Assembly: GCA_963705305.1 (NCBI GenBank)
Contig: OY970067.1
Span: 3,296,001-3,360,000, forward strand
DNA: 64,000 nucleotides
From: an uncultured Methylomirabilota bacterium
GTDB taxonomy: Bacteria; Methylomirabilota; Methylomirabilia; Methylomirabilales; 2-02-FULL-66-22
Reading direction: 5' to 3'
Shown here: one piece after another, positions 10,294 through 21,060 of the stretch
How positions within the stretch are numbered: the stretch's first letter is position 1
Layout: each line of letters starts with the position of its first letter
Made by a program: the position numbers and the translations under genes
The notes under the pieces: model-generated
What the model saw: only the letters and a program-made list of their open reading frames with translations
What the model was told of the DNA's origin: nothing
Databases searched by the model: none

Positions 10294-12888
10294 GTGTCCT
10301 TCGCACCCCTTGCTCATGGCTCGACGCTGGTCGTTGGCGACTCGCCGCGGCTCCTCCTGGTTGGCTCCGATGTGGGGTCGATCGTGGCGCTTCAGCGGGA
10401 CCTCACGGAGGGCGGCTACGACGTCGTACACGTCCAATCCTACGAGTCCGGTCTCGCCCTGTTGAGTGCCGATGTGCCGGTGGACGCGGTCGTGCTGGAC
10501 ATCGCTGCGGCCTCGGACCGGGACCTGGACGTATGCCGGCGGTACCGGTTGTGGAACCTGTTCCCGGGGGTTGCGACAATCGGCCTCCTAGAGGCTGAGC
10601 GCACTCCGATCCAGGGTCTTGACGACTGGGTTGACGCCGTCCTCTGCAAGCCGTGGTCGCGAGACATCTTGCTGGTGCGGGTCCGCGACGCGGTGACGGC
10701 GGTGGGTGCCCGAGACCGGGTGGTGCTTCAGCGGCAGCGCTCGCAGGAGGCCTTGATGCGTCGCACCCGGGGGCTCGAAGCGGTCCGACTGCTCACGGCG
10801 CACCTCGTCCGCGTCCTCGATGTCCCGCGCCTTCTCGAGCTCATTGTCCGGGGGGCCCGGGACCTGATGGATGCCGCCGGCGCCGTACTCTGGACCGTCG
10901 ATCCGCTGGGGCGACGGCTGGCTCCGGTGCAGTGGAGTGGCGTGGCCATGGCCGATGCGGAGCGTGTGGGCGTCGAGATCGTTGGGGGGGAGACGGACAT
11001 CCGAAGCGCTGGCATGCACGAGGCGCTCGGCACTCTCGCTCGACGGGCGGACCTCGTCGAACCGCTGATCTGTCGGGGCAAGGTGCTGGGCGCCATCACC
11101 CTGACCGGGCTGGCGCGGACCCCGGGTGGGCAGCCAGTCGATGATCGCGACATCTTGGTCATGTTTGGCATGTCCGCCGCGATTGCCCTTGGGAACGCGC
11201 GGCTGCACGCAGAGGTCGTTCGGCGGAGCGAGGAGCTGGAGGCGCTCCTCTCGGCGTTACAGGTGATCACGTCTGGGGAGCACCTGCAGGACGTCCTCAA
11301 CCGCCTGGTGGGGGTCACGGCGAAGCTCAGCCGGTGCCCCAATGTCTCGGTCGCCTTGCTGGACCAGGCCACGGGACAGCTCCGGATCATGGCCCGCCAG
11401 GGGCTCGCCAGCGTCCAGCTCCACGACCTCGTTCCCGTCGCCGACAGCTTGGCGGGCGTCGCCTTTCGCACGGGGGAGCCCCTGTTCTCGGGGGACTGCC
11501 AGGCGGATGCCCGCAACGGCGCGCGCACGCCGGATGCGGCGCTCGGTCTCGCCAGCGTCCTCTGTCTCCCGATTCGCACCGCGAAGGGGATCCTGGGCGT
11601 CCTCACGCTCTGCTCCACCACCCCGCACGACGACCAACTCGAGAAACAGGACTGTCTGAAGATGTTGGCGGCCCATGTGGCGGTCGCCGTGGAGCAGAGC
11701 CGGATGAACGAAGAGTTGAGTGCCCATATCGCGCTACGCGAACGAGCGCAGAAGGAGCTGGTCCGGGCCGAGAAGCTCCGCGCCCTCGGGGAGCTTTCGG
11801 CGGGGGTGGCCCATGAGCTGAACAATCTCCTGGCCATTGTCACAGCCCGCGCCCAGGTGATCCTCAACCGTGGGACGGGCGAGACGACCCGGGAGGCAGC
11901 CCGCGTCCTCTTCCAGGCTGCCACCGACGCGAGGGACGTGGTTCGACGGGTCCAGAGTTTCGCCCGCCGGGAAGCGCCCGTGCGGTTGGCCCGCTGTAAC
12001 CTTCCCCAGTTGATCCTGGAGACCCTGGAGCTCACCCGTGACCGCTGGAAGGACGGACCTGCCAAGCAGGGACGCCCCATCCAGGTGGTCCGGAAAATCG
12101 GGGTCTTGCCGCCGGTGCTTGGGACGCAACCGGAGGTCCGGGAAGCCATCACGAACCTGATTCTGAACGCCGTGGATGCGATGCCCCAGGGGGGTACGCT
12201 CAGCTTCGTCGGGGCGCCCGTGACCGACCCGGTGGGTCGGCACTGGGTCGAGCTCCGGGTTAGCGATACGGGACGGGGCATCCCGGCGAGCTTGCAGGAC
12301 AAGATCTTTGACCCGTTCTTTACGACCAAGGGGGTCGAGGGCATGGGGCTCGGCCTCTCGGTCGTCTACGGGATCATGCAGCGGTGTGGCGGGAGCATCG
12401 GCGTGGAGAGCACGGATGGGAAGGGCACCACCTTTCTCCTCCAGTTCGTGGCCGATGCCCGCGCTCCCGCGAGCGAACCGGCCATGGAGAATCGCCCGGT
12501 GACCCCGTGCCAGATCCTGATAGTCGATGACGACCGGAGTTCGCGCCGCCTGCTGCGGACCCTGCTGCAATCCGTCGGGCACACCGTGGTGGAGGCGGAC
12601 ATCGTCGATGCGGCGCTGGCGCTCCTGCCGACTCGGCCCGTCGATCTCATCTGCACCGACATCCGCATGCCGGGGAAGGGCGGCTTTTTCCTGGCGGACC
12701 AGCTGCGGGAGACGGGCACGCCGGTGATCGTCGTCACCGGGTTCGACGACGAGGCGGCCACGGCCCGGACCCGCCCCGGCGTAGTCGCCGTGCTGCAAAA
12801 GCCGATCGACGTGACCACCCTCATCAAGACCGTTGCTGACGTGATGGGAGGTCCGAGTCAGCGGACTGCCTCCGAACCCTCGCGGTAA
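10294..12888 (+). CDS. Hybrid sensor histidine kinase (atypical REC-GAF-GAF-HisKA-HATPase-REC)
   Basis: AGVAHELNN H-box, NLILNAVDAM N-box, DTGRGI, FDPFFTTK, GMGLGLS; C-terminal REC (IVDDD, TDIRMP, VTG, KP). Confidence 0.9.
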   Translation: MSFAPLAHGSTLVVGDSPRLLLVGSDVGSIVALQRDLTEGGYDVVHVQSYESGLALLSADVPVDAVVLDIAAASDRDLDVCRRYRLWNLFPGVATIGLLEAERTPIQGLDDWVDAVLCKPWSRDILLVRVRDAVTAVGARDRVVLQRQRSQEALMRRTRGLEAVRLLTAHLVRVLDVPRLLELIVRGARDLMDAAGAVLWTVDPLGRRLAPVQWSGVAMADAERVGVEIVGGETDIRSAGMHEALGTLARRADLVEPLICRGKVLGAITLTGLARTPGGQPVDDRDILVMFGMSAAIALGNARLHAEVVRRSEELEALLSALQVITSGEHLQDVLNRLVGVTAKLSRCPNVSVALLDQATGQLRIMARQGLASVQLHDLVPVADSLAGVAFRTGEPLFSGDCQADARNGARTPDAALGLASVLCLPIRTAKGILGVLTLCSTTPHDDQLEKQDCLKMLAAHVAVAVEQSRMNEELSAHIALRERAQKELVRAEKLRALGELSAGVAHELNNLLAIVTARAQVILNRGTGETTREAARVLFQAATDARDVVRRVQSFARREAPVRLARCNLPQLILETLELTRDRWKDGPAKQGRPIQVVRKIGVLPPVLGTQPEVREAITNLILNAVDAMPQGGTLSFVGAPVTDPVGRHWVELRVSDTGRGIPASLQDKIFDPFFTTKGVEGMGLGLSVVYGIMQRCGGSIGVESTDGKGTTFLLQFVADARAPASEPAMENRPVTPCQILIVDDDRSSRRLLRTLLQSVGHTVVEADIVDAALALLPTRPVDLICTDIRMPGKGGFFLADQLRETGTPVIVVTGFDDEAATARTRPGVVAVLQKPIDVTTLIKTVADVMGGPSQRTASEPSR

Positions 12889-12902
12889 AGGAGAGGAACC
12901 GC

Positions 12903-15900
12903 ATGGAGCGAGCGATCTGGTTGGATGGTCCGAACCCCCCGCTCTTTGCGACCGCACCCTATCCGCTCTGGGTGTACGACCCCCTGACGCTCCGCGTGCT
13001 CGCGGTGAACCAGGCGGGTTGCGCGCAATACGGCTGCCCGGCGGACGAAGTGGTCCGCCTCACGGCGGCGGACTTGGCCGCCGAAGAGGACCGGGCCGAC
13101 TTCGTGCGCTGGGTCGGGACCGAGGCCGCCTCCGACGGTCTCTTCTGGGGGCCGCGGCGCGTGCGCCACCAGCGCAAGGACGGGACCGTTTTTCCCGCCC
13201 AGATCCTGTGCGTGGGCTTCCCTTGGGACGGCGGGGCTGCGCGGCTCATGCTGGTTCTCGACGTGTCTGCGGAGGTTACCGCCGCTGAGGCGGCGGCCCG
13301 CCACGTCCAATCCCTGGAGGCGCTGCGGGCCATCTCAGGCGAGCTGGCCACCGATGTGGACGTACCCGTGCTCTTGCAGCGTGTGGTCGAGCGGGCCGTG
13401 GCCCTCCTGCAAGCGAATCATGGCGCCCTCTGGATGTGGGACGAACCGATCGGGCGGCTCCATCCGCGCGCCTGGGTCGGGTTCGACGACTGGATCCGGA
13501 CGCTCGCGAAGCGGCCGGGCGAGGGGATGGCCGGCCTCACCGCGATCGAGCGGAAGGGGCACCTCATCTCCGACTACCCCGCGCACCCCGCGGCCTGCCA
13601 GGAGCTCCTCAAGCGGGTCCCCATCCGGACGGCGGTCGGACAACCTCTCATGTTCCAGGGGCGTTTTCTGGGCGCCATCGTCCTGAGCCGGTCCGGGGCT
13701 CAACCCGCCTTCGCGGAATCGGACCTGGCCACGCTGGACCTCTTCGCGGCCGCTGCCGCCTGTGCGATCGAGAAGGCCACGCTCCACGGCCAGGTCGTCG
13801 CACGCGGTGTCGCCCTGGAAGGGCTGCTCCGGGCGGCCGCCACCATCCTGCAGGGCCAGTTGAACCTACCGGAGACCTTGGGGCGGGTGGTGGCTGAAGC
13901 CGCGAAGGTCTCGGGTGCCGAGCTCGTCCGCATCCTCCTCCTGGACCGCGCCGCTGGGGCCCTCCGCATGGCGGCGCAGCAGGGGTGGCCGGCCGACGCT
14001 GTCCCGGACGTCCCCCTGGCCTCGCTCTCGGGGGTGACCCTCCAGACCGGTGAGCTGATCTACACCGCCGATGCGCCTGCCGATCCCCGGAACCCGACGC
14101 CCGACTATGCCCGAGCCATCGGCGTGCTGACCCACCTCAGCGTGCCCATCCACGATGGGGAACGCGTGATCGGGTGTCTCACGATTAACTCACGGGAAGC
14201 GCGGGACTTCACCCCCGAGACTCTCGCGTGTGTGCAGGGGTTCGCGCACTTTAGCAGCGTCGCGATCAGCCTGGCCAGCCAGTTTGAGCGGGAGCAGGCG
14301 CGCCGCGATCATCTGGAAGCCCTCCAGGATGTCATCCAGGATCTCGGGCGACACGTGGACATCCCCCGCATGCTGGAATCCGTCATCGACCGGATGCTCC
14401 GGGTGGCTCGGGCCGATGTCGGTGTGGTTTTCACCTGGGACGCCGCAGCTGGGGCGTTGGTGCCACGCGCCTGGCGAGGGACGGGCGCCTGGATGGCGAC
14501 GCACTGCCACAAGAGTGGGGAGGGAGTAGCGGGGAAGGTTGCCGAGTCTGCCCAAGGGATCATCGTGAACGACTTCCGGACCTCCCCCTGGGCGCTGCCC
14601 ACGGAACTGGCGGAGACGCAGATTGAGGCCCTCCTGGCCGAGCCCCTGGTCTACCAGGATCGGCCCCTGGGTGTTCTGGTGATCGGCCGGGAAGAGGACG
14701 ACAGGCCCTTCCGCGATCGGGAGCAGGACACCGTGCGGCTGTTCGCGACCCAGATCGGCCTGGCTCTTGAAAAGGCGCGGCTCGTAGAGGAACTGGAGGC
14801 TGAGCTGCATGACCGGCAGGAGGCCGAGACGAAGTTCCTGCGGCGCAACCGGCAAGTCGAGGTGATTCGAGAAATCGGCGACGAGGTCGGACGCGAGATC
14901 GACATGAACGCGCTCATGAGCCTCCTTACCACCCGGGTGATGGCCCTTCTGGATGCGGGGGGCAGCGCCCTCTACATTTGGGAGGAAGAGGAGCAGGCGC
15001 TCGTGGCCCGAGCGGCCCAGGGGCTCCTCCGAGACGCCCTGCTGGATCCCCGGCGGATTGGCGAGGGCCTCGTCGGGGCTGTGGGTGAGCAGCGGCAGGG
15101 CCTCGTCGCCAATGACTATCCCCGGTCGCACTACATGCTGCCGACGGGGCCGGAGTCGGCACGTGTTGAGGCGGCCATGGCCGAGCCGTTGCTCTTCCGC
15201 GCGCGGCTCTTCGGCGTGGTCCAGGTCGTTCGGGAGGCGGACGGCGGCCCCTTCGATGCGGAAGACCGTGACACGCTCCATCTCTTCGCCAAGCAGGCGG
15301 CACTCGCCTTGGAGCACGCGCGCCTCCGGACCGAGCTTACCGAGAGCCTCGGGCGCCTCCAGGTCCTCCAGGAAGAGGTCCTGCGTGTCGGGAAACTCCA
15401 GACGCTCGGGCAGGTGACCAGCGGCATCGTGTTCAACCTCAACAACACCCTGGCTACGATCATTGGCCAGGTCGAGCAGCTGGGTCTCAAGGTGCCGGAT
15501 CCTCGGCTGCAAGAGAGCCTGGCCATCATGGCCGAGGCGGCTCAGCATGCCGTGTCCGTCGTCCGGCGTCTGGAGGGCTTCGCCACCGACAAGCCCGGCG
15601 GCGACCTGGTCTCCTGCGACCTCGCGGGCATCCTAATGGAGGCCGCGAGCCTCACCCAACCCTGCTGGAAGGATGAGGCGGAATTAGAAGGGCGGAGCAT
15701 TCAAATGGACCTGCAGATCCCGGAGGTCCCGGCGGTGCTCGCTCGCCCTGGAGATCTGCGCGAGATCTTCGCCAAACTCATCTTGCGGTGCCTGGGCAGC
15801 ATGCCGAACGGTGGGACGATCACCATCTCGGCCCAGTTCGAGCCGTCCTTCGGCGACGACCCCAGCGGGTCCGTGGTGGTCACGGTCCGCGATACGGGGT

Positions 15901-16511
15901 TCGGCATGCCGGAGTATGTGCGCGCACACCTCTTTGATCCCATCGTCATGGATCCGTCCCTGCGCAGCCGTCAGGTCAGCCTGGGCTCCGTGCGGGCAAT
16001 GATCGAGGCGATGGGTGGCCGGATCGGCGTCACCTCGGTTCCGAGCGAAGGGACCACGTTCACCCTCCGGCTCAAGACCACAGAGACGACGCTGGCTGCC
16101 AAGGTCGAGGCCGCGCCAGTTCCCCTGGTGACGGGGCGCCGGATCCTCCTCGTCGATGACAATGTTGGCCTGCTCAAGACCCTCCAGGTCATGCTCGAGG
16201 AGGCGGGCCAGATCGTCCACACGGCTGACAGCGGTCGGAAGGCCCTACAGATGCTCGAGGAGAACCCGGTCGACCTGGTCATCACCGACCTCGGCATGCC
16301 GCAGATGAATGGCTGGGAACTGGCGGAGGCGATCAAAGCGAAGGCCCCTTGGACCCCCGTGGCCATCCTCACCGGCTGGGGGGAGCAGGGCGTCCAGGCC
16401 GAGACCCGGCGCCAGGTATTCGTCGATCGCTGCCTCTTCAAGCCGATCCAACTCTCGGTGCTGATGGAAACGATCGCCACCTTGATAGAGCCAGCGCGCA
16501 TGCCGGCCTAG
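12903..16511 (+). CDS. PAS-4xGAF hybrid histidine-kinase-like protein with degenerate kinase core and intact REC
   Basis: PAS (HQRKDGTVFP), four GAF repeats; H-box reads SGIVFNLNN (His replaced by Phe), N-box AKLILRCL; REC LVDD, TDLGMPQMNG, LTG, KP. Confidence 0.85.
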   Translation: MERAIWLDGPNPPLFATAPYPLWVYDPLTLRVLAVNQAGCAQYGCPADEVVRLTAADLAAEEDRADFVRWVGTEAASDGLFWGPRRVRHQRKDGTVFPAQILCVGFPWDGGAARLMLVLDVSAEVTAAEAAARHVQSLEALRAISGELATDVDVPVLLQRVVERAVALLQANHGALWMWDEPIGRLHPRAWVGFDDWIRTLAKRPGEGMAGLTAIERKGHLISDYPAHPAACQELLKRVPIRTAVGQPLMFQGRFLGAIVLSRSGAQPAFAESDLATLDLFAAAAACAIEKATLHGQVVARGVALEGLLRAAATILQGQLNLPETLGRVVAEAAKVSGAELVRILLLDRAAGALRMAAQQGWPADAVPDVPLASLSGVTLQTGELIYTADAPADPRNPTPDYARAIGVLTHLSVPIHDGERVIGCLTINSREARDFTPETLACVQGFAHFSSVAISLASQFEREQARRDHLEALQDVIQDLGRHVDIPRMLESVIDRMLRVARADVGVVFTWDAAAGALVPRAWRGTGAWMATHCHKSGEGVAGKVAESAQGIIVNDFRTSPWALPTELAETQIEALLAEPLVYQDRPLGVLVIGREEDDRPFRDREQDTVRLFATQIGLALEKARLVEELEAELHDRQEAETKFLRRNRQVEVIREIGDEVGREIDMNALMSLLTTRVMALLDAGGSALYIWEEEEQALVARAAQGLLRDALLDPRRIGEGLVGAVGEQRQGLVANDYPRSHYMLPTGPESARVEAAMAEPLLFRARLFGVVQVVREADGGPFDAEDRDTLHLFAKQAALALEHARLRTELTESLGRLQVLQEEVLRVGKLQTLGQVTSGIVFNLNNTLATIIGQVEQLGLKVPDPRLQESLAIMAEAAQHAVSVVRRLEGFATDKPGGDLVSCDLAGILMEAASLTQPCWKDEAELEGRSIQMDLQIPEVPAVLARPGDLREIFAKLILRCLGSMPNGGTITISAQFEPSFGDDPSGSVVVTVRDTGFGMPEYVRAHLFDPIVMDPSLRSRQVSLGSVRAMIEAMGGRIGVTSVPSEGTTFTLRLKTTETTLAAKVEAAPVPLVTGRRILLVDDNVGLLKTLQVMLEEAGQIVHTADSGRKALQMLEENPVDLVITDLGMPQMNGWELAEAIKAKAPWTPVAILTGWGEQGVQAETRRQVFVDRCLFKPIQLSVLMETIATLIEPARMPA

Positions 16512-16786
16512 GCTGTAGACAGAAGCGGGGACGCACGGCACCACGGCCCTCGGGAGACATCCGGGGGCCGCAGTGTTCTTCGGGGGACCTAGAGAGAGCA
16601 GCGTGGACGGGGAAGGAAGGGGATCCGTCCCTTCCTTCTCGAGTGCCGTGCTTGCGGTCCGGTCTCTTCGCGCAGGTTCTCGGGCAGGACTCGGAGGCCG
16701 GAGGTGCCGGGCTGGATCCAGAGGACATTTGAGGCACTGGTAAAGCGGTATCGGATGGTGCGAATGTCAGGTGCTGTTGGAACCGC

Positions 16787-17596
16787 TCAGGCGGGATCAG
16801 TCTGGCTGAGCGGAGAAGTCGCCGCACCCTTGCGGACGAGCGAAAGGGCAGTCTGGACCGCATGGAGGACCGTCCTGGGCGATGCGGTTTTCTGGAGGGC
16901 CAAGAGAGCGCCCGCCTGGAAAGCCCGGGGATTGAGGTCAGGAGTGTTCAGTCGGGTCAGGATAACGATGGGAATGTGGGCGATGGTCGGTGTGCCCTTG
17001 AAGCGCATACAAATAGTGAATCCGTCCAGTCCGGGGAGAACGAGGTCGAGCAGGACGAGGTGGGGCTGGTGGGTCTCGGCAGCGCGGAGTCCGCTCGACC
17101 CGTCGCCGGCGAGGAGGACGGTATAGCCGGCACCCTCGAGGATGTCCTTGATGAGGGTGCGGAAGAGCGCATCGCCGTCAATACAGAGGATCCGAATGCC
17201 GTGCGTCTTCGTGTCCGTCCGAGACTGGGTATCCGGTGGAAGGGCGCTCTCGACGGGAAAGCCGCAGGCGGCGGAGCGGGAAATGGCGGAGGGGCTGGCC
17301 GTAGGGACAAAGGTCTGCTGGAGGGCTCGGCAGTGGGGGCAGGAGTGGTGTTGAGGTGTGGCCGTGGTGCTCTCCTCTATGTCCAGGACCATCTCCACCT
17401 CGCGAAGTGTCATCCAGCCTCTATCGATGAGGATGGTTCTCAGCAGCCGACGCAGCTTCTCTGCGAGATCGTCTTCCAGCTGCTCGGCCATGGCCTCCCG
17501 GATCTGGTCCACGGTGACGAATCCCATTTCGATCGCGAGCATCCCAAACCGCGGGCAGAACGTCTGTGGGGTCGCGCTATTTTCGCTGGTGCCCAT
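16787..17596 (-). CDS. Response regulator receiver protein with N-terminal GspE-N/MshEN-like helical segment and Cys motif
   Basis: RFGMLAIEMGFVTVDQIREAMAEQ; CPHC; REC ILCIDGD...LLDLVLPGLDG...ILT...QK. Confidence 0.65.
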   Translation of the reverse strand: MGTSENSATPQTFCPRFGMLAIEMGFVTVDQIREAMAEQLEDDLAEKLRRLLRTILIDRGWMTLREVEMVLDIEESTTATPQHHSCPHCRALQQTFVPTASPSAISRSAACGFPVESALPPDTQSRTDTKTHGIRILCIDGDALFRTLIKDILEGAGYTVLLAGDGSSGLRAAETHQPHLVLLDLVLPGLDGFTICMRFKGTPTIAHIPIVILTRLNTPDLNPRAFQAGALLALQKTASPRTVLHAVQTALSLVRKGAATSPLSQTDPA

Positions 17597-18297
17597 TATG
17601 TGTTCCTTTGCCGATCCGGACAGCACATGTCGCGCCCGCGGAACGTCTCGGCGACCGGGCGGCATCGCCTATGGGGATCGGCAGATCTAAGGCAATGCAG
17701 TGAAGAGCCCGAAGGTGGTCATCTTCTTCGGGCTGCGAGCGGAGAGCGTCCGCGAGGCGGGATAGCGGCTCGATGAAGCGACGCCTTAGAGTGGGAGCAT
17801 GCAAATGAGTGCATTTCCCGGTGAGGAGGGAGGGAGCGGAATCAAACATGGGCGGTGCTACGGTGGGCATAAGGCCGCTCGGACAACGGAGTGAACCCCG
17901 CATTGGTGCTGAGTCGCATGAGTGCCCCCATTGACGCTCTTGGAGCAAACCTGACGTCGGGGAGTCGTGGCAACACGTTCGGAGTTGAATGCCGGCTTGC
18001 CGAAACGGGCGATGGCCTACTTGAGGATGCTGCCGCTGCGGAGTGTTGTGGGCGCGAGGCATCGCTCCTATGTAAGAGTCCAAGCCCCCACGGATCCGTT
18101 CGCTCAGAGGCTCTTGTCTCCGATCAGACAGTCAGGATGGTGCGGGACGCCGACGTCGAAAGGCTGGCCCCGCCTCCTCATTCGATCCAACGATAGAGGG
18201 AATGGCTGGCCGCGTCCGTTGAATCAGAAGGGGTTCATTCCCCGCGGCTTGCCGCGAGGCAGTTGATCACAGCCGCTTGTGTCCCCAGAGCGAGGGC

Positions 18298-18618
18298 TCA
18301 GGAGTAGGCCGCCCGCAAGAGCCGGACCGCACGGCGGAGGGTCTCAGCATCCAACCGCCTCAACAGCTCGGTTGCCGCCTTCTTCATGCCGGCGGCTGTC
18401 ATCCCTTCCAGATCAAAGTCAAAAAGCTCGACCGGTTGTACGCCTAGCTCCCTGGCCAGCCGAAGCAGGGTATCGAGGGTGGGGTTCTCCCGTCCCCGCT
18501 CAATCCCGCTGATGTACTTGGGGTTGAGCCCGGCTCGCTCGGCCAAGTCCTCCTGCGTCAAGGTCGCCCGTCTCCGGAGGGCCTTGAGTCGCCGCCCCAG
18601 TACCCGCTTGGCATCCAT
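18298..18618 (-). CDS. XRE-family helix-turn-helix regulator
   Basis: LTQEDLAERAGLNPKYISGIERGRENPTLDTL; GGGAGG RBS before ATG 18618. Confidence 0.9.
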   Translation of the reverse strand: MDAKRVLGRRLKALRRRATLTQEDLAERAGLNPKYISGIERGRENPTLDTLLRLARELGVQPVELFDFDLEGMTAAGMKKAATELLRRLDAETLRRAVRLLRAAYS

Positions 18619-19232
18619 GGCCACCTCCCGGCTTGGGCGGCATGATGGCCCACAGGAGTGGCAGTTTACACTACCCCTTACACTGAATGATGTTGAGAAA
18701 TTCAGTCTAGTGGACTCCAGAGTAGCAGCGAGTTAGTGGTGAGGGCCATGGTTGCACGGTCTTGCCCGAGAGTGGTGAGCATGCACGCTCAAGGATTCAG
18801 AGACGAGGTACGGATGTTCTTTGGAAGGAATACTCTCGTCGTGGGGGAGGACCCTCGCTTCGCCGAGACGGAACAGCGACCCTTATTCTGTGGAGGAGCA
18901 CCTAATGGGCGAGCCCAGCGTCCCTCACCCTAGGCCCTGACTATAAACCCTTCTGGGTACGGTTTTACTTGGAAAGACAGCGGAACAAGAGTAAACCAAA
19001 GATCTGGCAGGAGGTCGTAGTACCCGAAACGCCACTGGGATCTTCGATGGCAGCAGTGTCGTGGGTGAAGCGGTAGCAGAATGTCTCTCTGACGTACCCA
19101 CCTTTGTTCGCTTACTTCGTTTAATTCGTAGGCTCACCTTGCGAACCATCGGATAACTGAACGCCTGCCGGAATCCCGCAGGGCAACTTGCGAAGGCGAG
19201 GAGGAGGGGAGTCGAACCGGATAACAAAAAAG

Positions 19233-19331
19233 ATGTGGGGGTACTTTTGGGGGTATAATTTAAGCTTCATGAGTATGTAACGGAACAATAGCGCTATGTT
19301 AGCGAGAATGTTATGGACCCCACCTCCACCA
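19233..19331 (+). other. Putative attachment-site scar (tmRNA/tRNA 3'-end fragment with integrase arm-like repeats)
   Basis: TGGGGGTAC-TTT-TGGGGGTAT followed about 60 bp later by CCCCACCTCCACCA. Confidence 0.5.
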
Positions 19332-19340
19332 CTTGTTAAA

Positions 19341-19554
19341 TATGTCGAAATCCTCGCCGGAACCGCTGAAAAATCGCGGACTTCCGGTGAGGATTTCGAC
19401 TTTCAGGACGCCCGCGGAAGCGATCTGCGGACACCGCGCCAGCAGTGGCACCTGACGGGGGGAGATAGACCATACGCCGGCTGGTATTTACCGGCCTGCT
19501 CGTTCCTGACCCGGAAGGCCAGGATCCTGCCTTGAAGCCCCACGGCCGCCTCGC
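19341..19554 (+). repeat. 214-bp direct repeat copy 1 (starts with a long hairpin)
   Basis: Similar but not identical to 21208-21421; begins GTCGAAATCCTCGCCGGAA...TTCCGGTGAGGATTTCGAC. Confidence 0.9.
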
Positions 19555-19876
19555 CTAGCCCATCCACCTCGCGGGCGGCCCATGCCTGGGCCTGAGCATT
19601 ATGCCGCGGTCCGTGCAGACGCCTGCAATCATTAATCTGGGAATTGCGGGACACCCTCGTCGATAGTCATGTCCGTGGGGATCCGCCTCGGACCGCTCCT
19701 CTCGACGTCCGGGGGGCGGTGGTCCCACCGTGATCGGCGCGAAGGACCGGAGCTGGCGACGGAAACGCGGGGCTTCTTGCGACGGTGTGAAGCTGCCCGA
19801 CCTTCGAAGGGCTCTGCCCCGACCCGGCGTTTCCCGTGAGCTTTCCGGTCGGGCTGTCTGGCGGGCAGGCCGTCCC

Positions 19877-20596
19877 TCAGCGGGTGGGCGGCCCGATGCC
19901 GGAGGCGTGCAGAAGGTACCCGATGGTGTTCCTGACGAACAGGTCGCGGTCCTGCATCCCGGCGAATTCATTCAGGTCCAAGGCGATGCCGATGACGCGG
20001 CCGGCCCCTACGGCCAGCTCGGCGAGCAAGGGATAGGGATAGGAGCCGCCGCCCCCGGAGCTGCCCCCTGCCGAGCCGCCGCCGGCCGCCTGCAAGATCT
20101 CCGTAGCGTCCGCCCGTGGGTTCATGTCATTGACACTCCCGACGGTGATGAAACTGACTCCCGCCAGGATCGGGTGACCGGGCTGGAGCGGCACCGGGGA
20201 CCGGAACGGTGTGAATCGCCAATCGCTGGCCGAACGGATCTGGAACGGAATGATGGAGGCGACGGCGCCGTACCCACCGCTCCCGAAGGATTGCGGCCCC
20301 CCGGTGATCAGGACTGTCCCGCCGTCGTTGACGTACTGCACCAGCCCCTGCTGGACCGGCTCGGGCAGCGCAGGGAAGGCGATGTTGGCCAACACAACCA
20401 CGGAGAAGTCCTTGAGCTGAAACTTGCCCAGGTCCGCCTTCACCTCGGCCCCTGTGGCGGCCTGGATGCTATTGGGATCGAGAAAGCCGGTGTTGCCCAG
20501 GGCCAGGATCATGCGGGCCGACTGGGCTGCGGTGAGTCCAGGCAGGCCCCCCAGGGCCAGAAGGAGGACAATTCCCACGACCAGTCGCCTGCGCAT
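19877..20596 (-). CDS. Exported class-I glutamine-amidotransferase-like (GATase1-like) protein
   Basis: Signal peptide MRRRLVVGIVLLLALGG; VVVLANI...YVNDGGTVLITGGPQSFGSGGY; GAGRVIG. Confidence 0.65.
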   Translation of the reverse strand: MRRRLVVGIVLLLALGGLPGLTAAQSARMILALGNTGFLDPNSIQAATGAEVKADLGKFQLKDFSVVVLANIAFPALPEPVQQGLVQYVNDGGTVLITGGPQSFGSGGYGAVASIIPFQIRSASDWRFTPFRSPVPLQPGHPILAGVSFITVGSVNDMNPRADATEILQAAGGGSAGGSSGGGGSYPYPLLAELAVGAGRVIGIALDLNEFAGMQDRDLFVRNTIGYLLHASGIGPPTR

Positions 20597-20903
20597 CGCT
20601 TCTCTCCTCTCCTCCGCGTTCCTACGTCGACTCACCACATTGTACAGACCCTCCCGGGCGAAGTAAAGGCAGGTGGCAGACGATGGACATGTGACCCCTG
20701 CAGAGGGGGTCCGACCGAGTTCGCCCATTCTTCGCGGGCCGCTGCGTGGGGAGACTGCTCGTCGGTGGAGACGGCACTCACCGCTGCCGAGCATCACCGG
20801 AGCGCCCTCCAGGCAGAGAAGGCCCGCCTGGAGCCAACCCAGCAGCCCCGGTCCCATACACCTACCCTGCACCCTGTGACGCGGTGGCAGGGCCTAATGG
20901 TCT

Positions 20904-21060
20904 AATAGGCCGGTTGCAGACGTCTTCATGGCCTGAACCGTGATTTGAGCCGGGAGCCGTGAGGCGGGGGGATATCGAGCCAGACCGCTCCAAAGGACAT
21001 GAGCGCCAAATTTGCCTTTGTTGGCGATCTCTCGCTCTCAAACGAATGTTTCGCTCTGCC
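20904..21060 (+). repeat. 157-bp direct repeat copy 1 (IS-end-like)
   Basis: Near-identical to 29012-29168; starts AATAGGCCGGTTGCAGACG. Confidence 0.9.

Larger units (their letters stand above)
1..19331. mobile_element. Right portion of a putative integrated conjugative/plasmid-like element; left end and integrase lie outside the window
   Basis: Cluster of radC, ssb, RNase H, DUF4313-like, ParM/RHH, XRE and TA-like genes, ending at TGGGGGTA direct repeats (~19235-19256) and CCCCACCTCCACCA (19318-19331), which resembles a tmRNA/tRNA 3' end. Confidence 0.55.
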
